A DNA stretch of 64,000 nt. It comes from an uncultured Planctomycetia bacterium (lineage in GTDB: Bacteria > Planctomycetota > Planctomycetia > Pirellulales > PALSA-1355). The DNA is taken from contig CAWDFN010000001.1 of the NCBI GenBank assembly GCA_963801675.1, positions 4,311,069-4,375,068 on the forward strand, written 5' to 3'. The position numbers and the translations under genes are program-made. Each line of letters opens with the position of its first letter. The first letter of the stretch is position 1. Below the pieces are notes generated by a model. It did no database searches, had not been told where the DNA came from, and was given only the letters and a program-made list of their open reading frames with translations. This document shows positions 8,101 to 18,099 of the stretch, piece after piece.

Positions 8101-11100
8101 GCGGGTACCACCTGGACGTAGATTTTTACAAGAATCGTGCCCAGCTTCAGTTCGATCGGCTCCACGCCCGGCATCGGCCCAAGCACGAGCCGCACGGCCA
8201 GCGTTTCGCTTTCGATGTAAGAAGAAAATCGCAGCACTGCGTCGCGCAGCGCCGCGTCATCTGTCTCGACGCCGATCGCGATGCGATCGGTGTACTGGCA
8301 GTCGAGGTCCTTGCGGCGCGTTTGCACGGCGTGCACGATCTCGCGGGCCAGCCCTTCGGCCAGCAGCTCGCCGTCCAATTCGGTCGAGAGCACGACGACG
8401 CACGCGGCGCCCTGCGCGGCGGCCCAGCCCTGCTTTGGCTTGCAGGCGAACTTGCAGGTCCTCGCGCGTCGAGCGTCACCGGCCCGTCGGGCAGTTCGAG
8501 CGTGATCGACTTCTCGGCTTCCAGTTGCGGCCAGCAGCGCGCCGGCGTCGGCCTCGGCCAAGCGCTTTCTTCACCGCCGGCAGTTGCTTGCCCAAGCCGC
8601 GGGCCAAGCCGCTTCAGATCGGGCAGCACGGTGTAGGTGATGTACTGATCGGCCTGGTCGGTGAACTCGACCTGCTTGACGTTCAGCTCTTCGGCGATCA
8701 GCGACGGCGTGCTCTTCGAGCCAGGCCTGATGCGTTACGGTCGGCCAGGATGACTTCGACCTTCGCCAGCGGCTGGCGGACCTTGAGCTTGGCGCCCATG
8801 CGGGCAGCGCGGCCCAGCGAGACGATCTCGCGCACCAGGCTCATCCGCTCGGACAAGGCGCTCGTCGATCGCGCCGGCGTCGCCGGCTCGGGAAAGTCGG
8901 CACAGGTGGACGCTTTCGCGCGACGCGATTGCGGGCGTGATTCACCGCCGAACGCGGCCACGGCCAGGTTCTGCCACATCGCTTCGGCCAGGAACGGCAC
9001 GAACGGCGCGATCAGCTTGGCGGTCGTCAGCAGGCATTCGTAGAGCGTCCAGTAGGCGTCGAGCTTGTCCGGCGCGATGCTTGTCTTCGCTCCAGAAGCG
9101 GTCGCGGCTGCGGCGGACGTACCAGTTGCACAGGGCGTCGACGAACTCGGTGATCGCGCCGCAGGCGGCGAAGTTGTCGTAGGCGTCCATCCGCTCGACG
9201 ACGGCCGCCGCCGTGCGGTTCAGCTCGCTGAGGATCCAGCGGTCGAGTTCGCTGCGCTCGCTGACCGGCCGATAGCCTTTGGCGGCGCGACAGATCGTCG
9301 GACGTCAAGCTTGCTCGACGTTGCCCGCGACTGCCGATCGTCCGCGGCCGGATCGAAGCCGTCGATGTTGGCGTAGATCACGAAGAAGCTGTAGACGTTC
9401 CACAGCCGCAGCAGGAACTCGGGAATGCTGTCTTTGATCGCCTGCTCGCTGTAGCGGATCGAGGTCCACGGCGGCTGGTTGGCGAAGAAGTACCAGCGCA
9501 GGGCGTCGGCGCCGTAGCGGTCGAAGATCTCGTCCGGCTCGCGGTAGTTCCGCTTGCTCTTCGACATCTTCTGCCCGTCTTCGCCGAGCATCAGGCCGAG
9601 CACGATGCAGTTGCGGAACGGATGCGGGTAGGCGGCGTGATACGGTCGGTCGGCGTCGTGGCGAATCCTGGTCGCCGAACAGCAGCGTGCTGATGGCCAG
9701 TTGGCTGTAGAACCAGCCGCGGGTCTGGTCGAGGGCTTCGCTGATGAAGTCGGCGGGGAACTGCTCGTCGAAATCGCTCGCGAGCCCGGCTGATGCGGAT
9801 AGCCCCACTGGGCAAACGGCATCGCGCCGGAGTCGAACCAGCAGTCGATCACTTCGGCGACGCGGCGCATCCGCTGCCCGGCGGCTTGCGGCGAGTCGTA
9901 GGTGACCGCGTCGATGTACGGCTTGTGGACTCTGCAGGTCGTCGGACAAGCTCGGGATTGGCCTGCTTTCGCTTCGTCCCAGACTTCGGTGCCCGTGCAC
10001 GCCGGGCTTGGCCAGCAGCTCGTCGTAGCTGCCGACGGCTTCCATCTGGCCGGTCTCTTCGCACACCCAGATCGGCAGCGGCGTGCCCCAGTAGCGCTCG
10101 CGCGAGAGGGCCCAATCGACGTTCGTTTCCAGGAAGTTGCCGAACCGGCCGTCCTTGATGTGCTCCGGCAGCCAGTTGATCTGCCGCGTTGTTGGCCAGC
10201 ATCCGGTCTTTGAACTGCGTCGTGCGGATGAACCAGCTCCGGCGCGGATACTGGATCAGCGGATCTTCTTCGGCCCGCCAGCAGAACGGATATTCGTGCA
10301 GGTATTGCTCCTGATGGAACAGCAGCCCGCGCTGCTTCAGATCGCGGATGATGTCCTTGTCGCAGTCTTTGACCCAGCGGCCTTGCGTAGTCGGGCGCTT
10401 CGGCGGTGAATTTGCCGTCGGGCGCGACGCGCGCAGATCAGTTCGGGCCCTTGGCCGGTCGACGAATCGCGGCTTGCTCGTTCGATCAGCACGTCGAAGT
10501 CGACTTCGCCGAAGGCCGGGGCCTGGTGGACGACGCCGGTGCCGCTGTCGGTCGTGACGAAATCGGCGCGCGACGACGCGCCAGGCAAGATGCTGCGCTG
10601 CCGCCGACCGTCAGCGTGCCCGTCGCGTTGCCCTGGATGCTTGTAGTAATAGTCGAACGGCGGCACGATAGCGCCGGCCGATCAGTTCCTTGCCGCGCAA
10701 GCGTTTTGACTACCTTCAATGTGGCTTCTGCGCCGACCTTGGCCGCGATCGTCTCGACCAGCGCCGAGGCGATGATGAGTTTCTCGCCGCTCGGCTTCAT
10801 CGACGATCGCGTATTCCAGGTCGGGATGCACGGCGGCGAACTGATTGCTCGGCAGCGTCCAGGGCGTGGTCGTCCAGACCAGCAGAGCGACGTGTCGGTC
10901 GCTTTGCCGTCGTCGTCGAGCAGCGGAAACTGCACATACACGCTCGGGTCGGCCACCTCGCGATAGCCTTGGCCGACTTCGCCGGCGCTGAGGGCCGTGC
11001 CGCCTTGGGCCCACCACCAGACGATCTTGTGGCCCTGGTAGAGCAGGCCGCGGTCGAACAGGTTCTTCAGCGCCCACCAGACGCTTTCGACGTAGCTCTG

Positions 11101-11559
11101 GTGGTAGGTGACGTAGGCCTCGTCGAGGTCGATCCAGAAGCCGAGCCGCTCGGTGAGCCGCTCCCACTGCTGCATGTAGCGCAAGACGCTCTCCAGGCAC
11201 TTGTGGATGAACGGCTCGACGCCGTAGGCTTCGATCTCTTCCTTGGAGTGGATGCCCAGCTCTTTGCAGACTTCGACTTCGACCGGCAGGCCGTGCGTGT
11301 CCCAGCCGGCCTTGCGCTCGCAGAGGTAGCCGCGCATCGTGCGGTAGCGCGGGAAGAGGTCCTTGATCGCCCGGGTGAGGCAGTGGCCCGGATGCGGCAT
11401 GCCGTTGGCCGTCGGCGGGCCTTCGTAGAAGACGAACCGCGGGCCGCCGGCGCGTTGAGCCAGCGACTTTTCGTAGATTTTTTGAGCTTTCCAGAACCGT
11501 CCGATTTCGGCTTCGAGGGCGGGAAATTTGACGGAAGTTTCTACGGGGCGAAATGTCAT
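8097..11559 (-). CDS. ileS: Isoleucine--tRNA ligase; at least a dozen frameshifts as sequenced
   Basis: [24 protein letters not shown]...[26 protein letters not shown] (HIGH-type); [21 protein letters not shown]; [22 protein letters not shown]; [18 protein letters not shown]; [14 protein letters not shown] (KMSKS); C-terminus [17 protein letters not shown]. The pieces are scattered over all three minus frames (ORFs 10486..11613, 10682..11200, 10337..10666, 9220..9870, 8097..8561 and others). Confidence 0.9.
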
Positions 11560-11854
11560 GAGACGGTCAGACGGAAGCGAGCCAGAAGGATTCCAAACCT
11601 CAAAGTAGACCAAGTGAGGGCGAGGTTTTCAATTGCACTCGGGGAGGCGTGGGAGAAGAGTGATGAACCACAAAGGCACCAAGGGCACCAAGGGAAGGAG
11701 ATGGACAGGCACGAACTGTTCGTCAGTGAACCTTCGCTTAGAATGGGTTGTCAAGCGGATGCGCATATTTGTCAACAGATTTGATTCTCAGATCGCTCGT
11801 CCTTAGCGCCGGACGGCTGGGCGGCCACGCGAGCTGGTCGATGGTAATCGAAAA

Positions 11855-12138
11855 ATGGCGAGCTTCGTACCGCACTACACGAAGAAGCTCCGCATCCGCA
11901 AGGAGAAGGAGGACAAGCTGCGCCGACTGGTTGCCAGGGGCGCAGCTCACGCGAAGCTACATAGTGCTGCCGAAGTGGTCAGAGATGCGCGGATCCGGCG
12001 CTGCAAGCAAAAAAGGCCCAAATTTCGCCAGAGGACAAACCCGATCTACTTCAACGGATTGCAAAGATTGAAGCACAGATTGAGGCAATGCGTGCAAACA
12101 CGCCGGAGTCTGTCCTGGCTGAGTTTACGTCAATTTAG
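11855..12138 (+). CDS. Small hypothetical coiled-coil protein (~95 aa) upstream of parDE; 1 frameshift in an A-run
   Basis: MASFVPHYTKKLRIRKEKEDKLRRLVARGAAHAKLHSAAEVVRDARIRRCKQ (ORF 11855..12235). It continues one frame over as KKAQISPEDKPDLLQRIAKIEAQIEAMRANTPESVLAEFTSI (stop at 12136-12138) if the A6 run at 12009-12014 is read as A7. I recognised no family. Confidence 0.35.
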
Positions 12139-12267
12139 TCAGGCGAGGTCGCATTTATTCCTGTATTCCTGCGTTTCCACTCAACGTCTCAGCGGTGTGT
12201 TTTCCCGTTTGCCGGTGCCGTTGGATTTGCGGTAGACTATAAAAGGCGAAAACGCAGGAAACACAAT

Positions 12268-12522
12268 ATGTCTACTTTTCCGCCGGACATTGAAGCTTAC
12301 GTTCAGCAGAAGATTGCCAGCGGGCAATTCCATTCGCGCGATGAGCTGGCGGTGGAAGCCGTGCGCGTTTACCGCGCGCTCGAAGCAAAGCATGCCCAAC
12401 TCAAATCCGACGTGCAGGCAGCCATCGACGAGTCCGACCGAGGGTTGAGCGTGCCCCTCGACATTGAGGCGATCAAAGCCCAGCTGATGGCGGAACTCGA
12501 CGGTAGCGGTCAAAGTGACTGA
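12268..12522 (+). CDS. parD: ParD-family type II antitoxin (RHH)
   Basis: MSTFPPDIEAYVQQKIASGQFHSRDELAVEAVRVYRALEAKHAQLKSDVQAAIDESDRG. This matches the ParD antitoxin pattern (xIxxQVxSGxYxSxSEVVRxALRLLEE-like). It overlaps parE by 1 nt. Confidence 0.8.
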   Translation: MSTFPPDIEAYVQQKIASGQFHSRDELAVEAVRVYRALEAKHAQLKSDVQAAIDESDRGLSVPLDIEAIKAQLMAELDGSGQSD

Positions 12523-12824
12523 TGCCTTGCGTCCTTCACACGCCGCGCGCGACACAGGATCTTGTAGACATCGGCCGGTATCTCGTCCAGGAGAGTCAAA
12601 GTCGGAATGTCGCGAAGCGTTTCCTGGATTTCATAGCCACCAAGTGCTCCGTCTACGCGACCGCCCCCGAGATCGGCGAGCTTTGTGTTGACCTGGCGCC
12701 GAATGTCCGGCGCTTCGCGGTGGGCAATTACGTTGTTTTCTATCGGCCCGTGCGCGGTGGCATCGAAGTGCTCCGTGTGCTACACGGCAGTCGTGACATT
12801 CCGGCCGCATGGGGAAGCCGTTAG
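12522..12824 (+). CDS. parE: ParE/RelE-family type II toxin
   Basis: MPCVLHTPRATQDLVDIGRYLVQESQSRNVAKRFLDFIATKCSVYATAPEIGELCVDLAPNVRRFAVGNYVVFYRPVRGGIEVLRVLHGSRDI. The C-terminal VxxVLHGxRD is typical of ParE. Confidence 0.8.
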   Translation: MPCVLHTPRATQDLVDIGRYLVQESQSRNVAKRFLDFIATKCSVYATAPEIGELCVDLAPNVRRFAVGNYVVFYRPVRGGIEVLRVLHGSRDIPAAWGSR

Positions 12825-13002
12825 CGGAAGATACGAGACTGCTTCTAATGCCCGGACTGAGCCGCGTGCCTTGAAAGGGCTTCGGCCTTCGTCCACAATG
12901 GGGAGAACGCAGGCCGATATAATCCCCGCTCTGGGGCCCGCTCGCGCCGGGCGCCAGTCACGAATCCTTCCTCACTCCCCACTCGCATTGGAACTTCAGG
13001 CG

Positions 13003-16000
13003 ATGCACTTATTTTCGCTCCGGGCCCTGGTGTTGCTCTCGGCCCTGTTTTGTTCGTTGGCCACGACAAACGCTGCCGACAAGCCGCTTTTGGAATTGAA
13101 GCCGGGGGAGCGGATTGCGATTGTCGGCAATACGCTGGCGGATCGGATGCAGCATTTTGGGTATTTTGAGACGCTGCTGCACCATCGATTTCCGCGGCAT
13201 GAGTTGGTAGTGCGCAATCTCGGCTTCTCGGGGGACGAATTGACGCTGCGGCTGCGTTCGGCCGGCTTTGGCACGCCGGACGAGCATCTCAAGGCGGTCG
13301 GGGCCGACGTGGTTTTGGCATTCTTCGGCTACAACGAGTCGTTCGGTGGGGCGCCAGGGCTGGCGAAGTTCAATACGGACCTCGACGAGTTCGTGAAGCA
13401 TACGCTGGGCGAGAAGTACAACGGAAAAACCGCGCCGCGGCTGGTGCTGTTTTCGCCGATCGCGCACGAGGATTTGCACGACCGCAACCTGCCCGACGGC
13501 AAGGCGAACAACGAGCGGATCAAGCTCTACACGGCCGCCATGGCCGAGGTCGCGCGGGCCGACAAGGTGCCGTTTGTTGATCTGTTCACGCCCAGCCTGG
13601 AGCTGTATCGCAAGGCCGGCGGGCCCCTGTCGATCAATGGCGTGCACTTGAACAAAGCCGGCGACGAGCAGTTGGCCGAGGTGATCGACGCGAAGTTGTT
13701 TGGCACCAAGAATTCGCCGCGCGACTGGGCACGACTTGAAAAGTTGCGCCAGGCGGTGCTCGACAAGAACTTCGCCTGGTTTGAGAAGTACCGCACGACG
13801 GACGGATATTCGATCTTCGGCGGCCGGGCTGATCTTAAATTCGTCGACGGGCAGACGAATCGCGAGGTCATGCAGCGCGAGCTGGAAGTGCTTGAACGTG
13901 ATGACGGCCAACCGCGACAAGCGCGTGTGGGCGGTCGCCGGCGGCAGCGAGTTGAAGGTCGACGACGCGAACACCCCGCCGTTTGTCGAGGTGGTCACGA
14001 ACAAGCCCGGCCCGCTGCCCGGCGGCAAGCATGTTTTTCTCGGCGGCGAAGAGGAGATCGGCACGCTGACCGTGCACCCGGGGATGAAGGTCATCCTGGT
14101 GGCCTCGGAAGAGATGTTTCCCGAACTGGTCAACCCTGTGCAGATGGCGTTCGACACCAAGGGCCGGCTGTGGGTCGCGGCGTGGCAGAGCTATCCGCAC
14201 TGGAAGCCGAAGGACGAATTGAACGACAAGCTGCTGATCCTGGAAGACACCAACGGCGACGGCAAGGCCGACAAGTGCATCACGTTCGCCGATCATCTGC
14301 ACAACCCGACCGGTTTCGAGTTTTGGAATGGCGGCGTGCTGGTGGCGATGGCGCCCGATCTGCTGTTCATCAAGGACATCGACGGTGACGACAAGGCGGA
14401 CACGCGCGAGCGAGTGTTGAGCGGGCTGGACTCGGCCGACACGCATCACACGTCGAACAGTTTTACGCTCGATCCAGGCGGGGCGCTGTATTTTCAGGAA
14501 GGGACGTTTCACCACACGCAGGTCGAGACCCCCTACGGTCCGCCTGTGCGGCTGGCCAACGCCGGCGTGTTTCGCTATGAGCCGCGGACGCAGAAGTTCG
14601 ACGTGTATGTGTCGTACGGCTTCGCCAATCCGCACGGCCACGCGTTCGATCAGTGGGGCCAGGACATCGTCGTCGACGGCACGGGAGCCAACCCCTATCA
14701 CGCGGCGTTGTTCTCGGGCCACGTCGAGTTTCCGCACAAGCACCCGCAGCCGCCGCAGGTCTACAAGCCGCGCACGCGTCCGTGTCCGGGCATCGAGTAT
14801 CTTTCGAGCCGGCATTTTCCCGACGAGATGCAAGGCAACCTGCTGGTCGGCAACGTGATCGGGTTCCAGGGGATCTTGCAGTACAAGATTTCGGACAAGG
14901 GGGCCAGCTTCGCGGGCACGGAGTTGGAGCCGATCCTCTCGTCGAGCGATCCGAGTTTTCGGCCGGCCGATTTGGAGATCGGGCCCGACGGCGCGCTGTA
15001 TTTCACCGATTGGCACAACCCGATCATCGGCCACATGCAACACAACCTTCGCGATCCGAGCCGCGATCGAACGCACGGCCGTGTGTATCGCGTGACGTAC
15101 GAGGGCCGGCCGCTCGTCAAGCCGGCCAAGATTGCCGGCGAACCGATCGACAAACTGCTCGACTTGCTCAAGGAGCCCGAGGCCCGCGTGCGCTATCGGG
15201 CCAAGATCGAGCTCAGCGGGCGTGGCAGCAAGGAGGTCATTGCCGCGGTCGATCGTTGGGTGAGCCGGCTCGACAAGCAAGACCCGCAGTACGAACACCA
15301 TCTGCTCGAAGCGCTGTGGGTGCACCAGCATCACAACAACGTGAACCTGTCGGTGCTGGGCCGGATGTTGGGCTCGTCCGACTTTCGGGCCCGCTCGGCG
15401 GCCGCGCGCGTGTTGTGCTACTGGCACGATCAGGTGTCGGATTCGCTTGAGCGTTTCAAGCGGCTGGCGGCCGACGAACATCCGCGCGTTCGGTTGGAAG
15501 CGGTGCGGGCGGCCAGCTTTTTCACCATGCCGGAGGCGGTTGAGGTGGCGGTGATCGCGGCGGAGAAACCGGGTGACGAGTATCTGGACTATGTGCGAAG
15601 CGAGACGCAGCGGACCTTGGAGCCCTATTGGAAGCAGGCGCTGGCCTCGAACCGTGAGGTGGCGTTTACGACCGAGGCGGGCGCGAGATACCTGCTGCGC
15701 AACATCAGCAACGAGCAATTGCTCAAGCGCGCTCGCGGAAGGGCGGTATGCATCGAGATGCTCAGTCGGCCGGGCCTGCTGGATGAGCATCGCCGCGAGG
15801 CGGTGCGTATTTTGGCCGGGCTCGACAAAAAACCGGAACTGACCATCATCATCGACGCCATCAAGGCGCAGGACGAAAAACAGGACAAAGTCGAAGCAAG
15901 CGTCGTGTTCGACCTGGTCCGGCAATTGACCAGCCGCAGCGCCGCGGAGCTGGCGAGCGCGCGGGCGGAGCTGGAAAAGCTGGCCACGAGTGCCCGGCAG

Positions 16001-17969
16001 CCGATCTTGCGGCAGATCGGTTTTGTGTCGCTGGTTAACGTCGATCAATCGACCGAACGGGCCTGGACGCTGGCAACGCGGTCGGCCGCGTCGCTGGGCG
16101 ACTTTGTCGATGCCATGCCGCTGGTGGCCGACGCCAGTCTGCGAGCCAGTTTGTATCCGCAAAATCGAGCCGCTTTTGGCCGGCTTGCCGGCGTCGCTTG
16201 CGGCAAGCGGAAAATCCGTTGGTACGCTGGCGCGCTTTGTGCGAATCGAGCTGCCGCACAAGGGCACGCTGACGCTGGCCGAAGTCGAAGTCATCAGCGG
16301 CGGGCGCAACATCGCCCGCGCGGGCAAGGCATCGCAGAAAAACACGGCCCACGGCGGCGACGCCTCGCGGGCCATCGACGGCAACAGCGGCGGCGAGTTC
16401 GGCGCGGCGGGCCAGACGCACACGGAGGAGAACACCGCAAACCCCTGGTGGGAAGTCGATCTCGGCGCGCAGCTGCCGATCGAGTCGGTCGTGGTTTACA
16501 ATCGCACCGACGGCTATCTGGGCAAGCGGCTCGACGAATTCACGCTCAGCGTGCTCGACCAGGACCGCAAGGTCGTCTTTCGCCAGCAGGGCATCGAGGC
16601 GCCGCGCACAATCGCGACGTTTCGCGTCGGCGAGGGCGACCCGGCGGTGGCCATCCGCCAGGCGGCCATGCTGGCGCTGACGTACGTGCGCGGGCAGGAG
16701 GCCAAGACGTTCGAATTGCTGTCGGACTTCCTCGGCGACGAAGTGAACCGCGCCGCGGCGATCCGCGCCCTGCAGCGCATTCCGCGAGTCGATTGGCCCA
16801 AGGACAAGGCGCGGCCGCTGTTGGATGCCGTGGTGGCGTACGTCGGCAAGATTTCCGCTTCGCAGCGCACCGGACCCGAGGCGCTCGACGCGTTGGAGTT
16901 TGCCCAGGCGCTGACGGGGTTGTTGCCGGTGGCGGAAGCCAAAAAGGCCCGGGCCGAATTGAGCGAACTAGGCGTGCGCGTGGTGCGCGTGGGCACGCTG
17001 TTCGAGCGCATGTCGTACGATCAGGATCTGATCGCGGTGCGCGCCGGCAAGCCGGTCGAGTTCGTATTCGAGAACTCGGACCTGATGCCGCACAACTTTG
17101 TGATTGCCCAGAGCGGTTCGCTGGAAGAGATTGGCATGAGTGCCGAAGAGACCGCGCAGCAGCCGGGCGCGGCCGACCGCAATTATGTGCCGCAGTCGAC
17201 GAAGATCCTGCTGGCCAGCACGCTGCTGCAACCACGGGCCAGCGAGAAGCTAAGCTTCGTCGCGCCGACGCAGCCGGGCGTTTATCCCTACGTGTGCACG
17301 TATCCCGGCCATTGGCGGCGGATGTACGGGGCGTTGTACGTGGTCGACGATCTCGACGCTTATCTGGAAAACCCTGAAAGTTACCTGGCGTCGCACCCGC
17401 TGGAGATCAAGGACGCACTGCTCAAGGATCGACGGCCGCGGACGGAGTGGAAGTTCGACGATCTGGCCGGGCCGGTGGCCGCGCTCAAGGACGGCCGCTC
17501 GCACGGCAACGGCAAGCAGATGTTTCAAGTGGCCAATTGCGTGGCCTGCCACAAGATGGACGGCGTCGGCAACTTGTTCGGGCCCGAACTGGCCAAGCTC
17601 GATCCCAAAATGCTGCCGCTCGACATCTTGAAGGAGCTGATGGAGCCTTCGGCCAAGATCAATGAGAAGTACCAGGCGTACACGTTCGAGCTGGAAAGTG
17701 GCAAGGTACTTACTGGGCTGATCCTGGAGGAGACGCCCAGCAAGATCAAGCTGATCGAAAACCCGCTGGCCAAGGCCGACGCGATCGAGATCAAACCGTC
17801 GGACATGGCGGCCCGGCACAAGAGTGCCACGTCGATCATGCCCAAGGGGCTGCTCGACAAGCTCTCGCGCGAGGAGATTTTGGACTTGCTGGCCTACGTG
17901 ATCGCCCGCGGCAACGCGAACGACCGCATCTTTCAAGGCGGCCACGCGCACGGTCACGGCGGGCATTAG
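13003..17969 (+). CDS. Giant secreted multidomain protein: SGNH/GDSL-like + PVC-type dehydrogenase-like beta-propeller + HEAT repeats + F5/8-type-C-like + cupredoxin-like + c-type haem domain; 2 frameshifts as sequenced
   Basis: ORF pieces 12685..14388, 13700..17377 and 15990..17969 join at single-base breaks near 13897 and 16160. Signal peptide MHLFSLRALVLLSALFCSLATTNA. SGNH blocks: IAIVGNTLADRM, VVLAFFGYNES, INGVHLN. Propeller: GRLWVAAWQSYPHW, DGDGKADK, GALYFTDWHNPIIGHMQH. Discoidin-like: ASRAIDGN...NPWWEVDLG. Cupredoxin-like: MPHNFVI...YPYVCTYPGHWRRMYG. CxxCH motif NCVACHKMDG (17538-17552). His-rich tail HAHGHGGH. Confidence 0.8.
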
Positions 17970-18038
17970 TCAGGCCGGGTCGATTCATGCTGCACGCCGT
18001 GCTGCGGCTGCGTGGGCCTTGTCGCTCGATAACGAAAA

Positions 18039-18058
18039 GGGCCGCCTTGCGGCGGCCC
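18039..18058. terminator. Bidirectional stem-loop terminator between convergent genes
   Basis: GGGCCGCC-ttgc-GGCGGCCC is a perfect 8-bp GC stem. AAAA lies on the left and a T-containing tail (ctcgagtttcgtt) on the right. It sits between the giant gene (+) and the PEP-CTERM gene (-). Confidence 0.6.
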
Positions 18059-18099
18059 CTCGAGTTTCGTTGCCTGTGGTATTGTTTGAGTGAGTCGTT

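Noticed and set aside
8097-11559. Programmed ribosomal frameshifting, transcriptional slippage or genuine pseudogenisation as the explanation for the broken genes.
   Set aside because: There are too many breaks per gene, with no shared slippery heptamer or stimulatory structure. The breaks go in both directions and occur in an essential single-copy-type gene (ileS). Sequencing error is more parsimonious. I cannot exclude real decay without reads.
11655-11690. Short tandem repeat GGCACCAAG x2.5 upstream of ileS as a CRISPR-like or VNTR feature.
   Set aside because: There are only two and a half 9-nt units, no spacers and no cas genes. It is most likely a chance duplication in a 5' leader.
11748-12071. 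ORF 11748..12071 (+), 107 aa, as a gene in the parDE islet.
   Set aside because: The translation is Ser/Arg-rich with no structure-like pattern. The overlapping frame (11855..12138 after one A-run repair) gives a more protein-like coiled-coil sequence.
12685-13002. A 106-codon N-terminal extension of the giant gene (ORF 12685..14388), and similarly the 38-codon extension of the GNAT gene (6636..6749).
   Set aside because: The extension overlaps the parE coding region in another frame and precedes an obvious signal peptide starting at ATG 13003. The GNAT extension is AT-rich leader sequence with no conserved features.
13868-16435. Very long antisense ORFs. Examples: 855 aa at 13868..16435 (-), 725 aa at 30576..32753 (-), 797 aa at 32802..35195 (-), 527 aa at 51313..52896 (-), 457 aa at 58723..60096 (-).
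   Set aside because: All lie opposite clearly recognisable genes. They are Arg/Ala/Gly/Pro-rich low-complexity translations with no recognisable motifs. They are the expected stop-poor shadow frames of a GC-rich genome.
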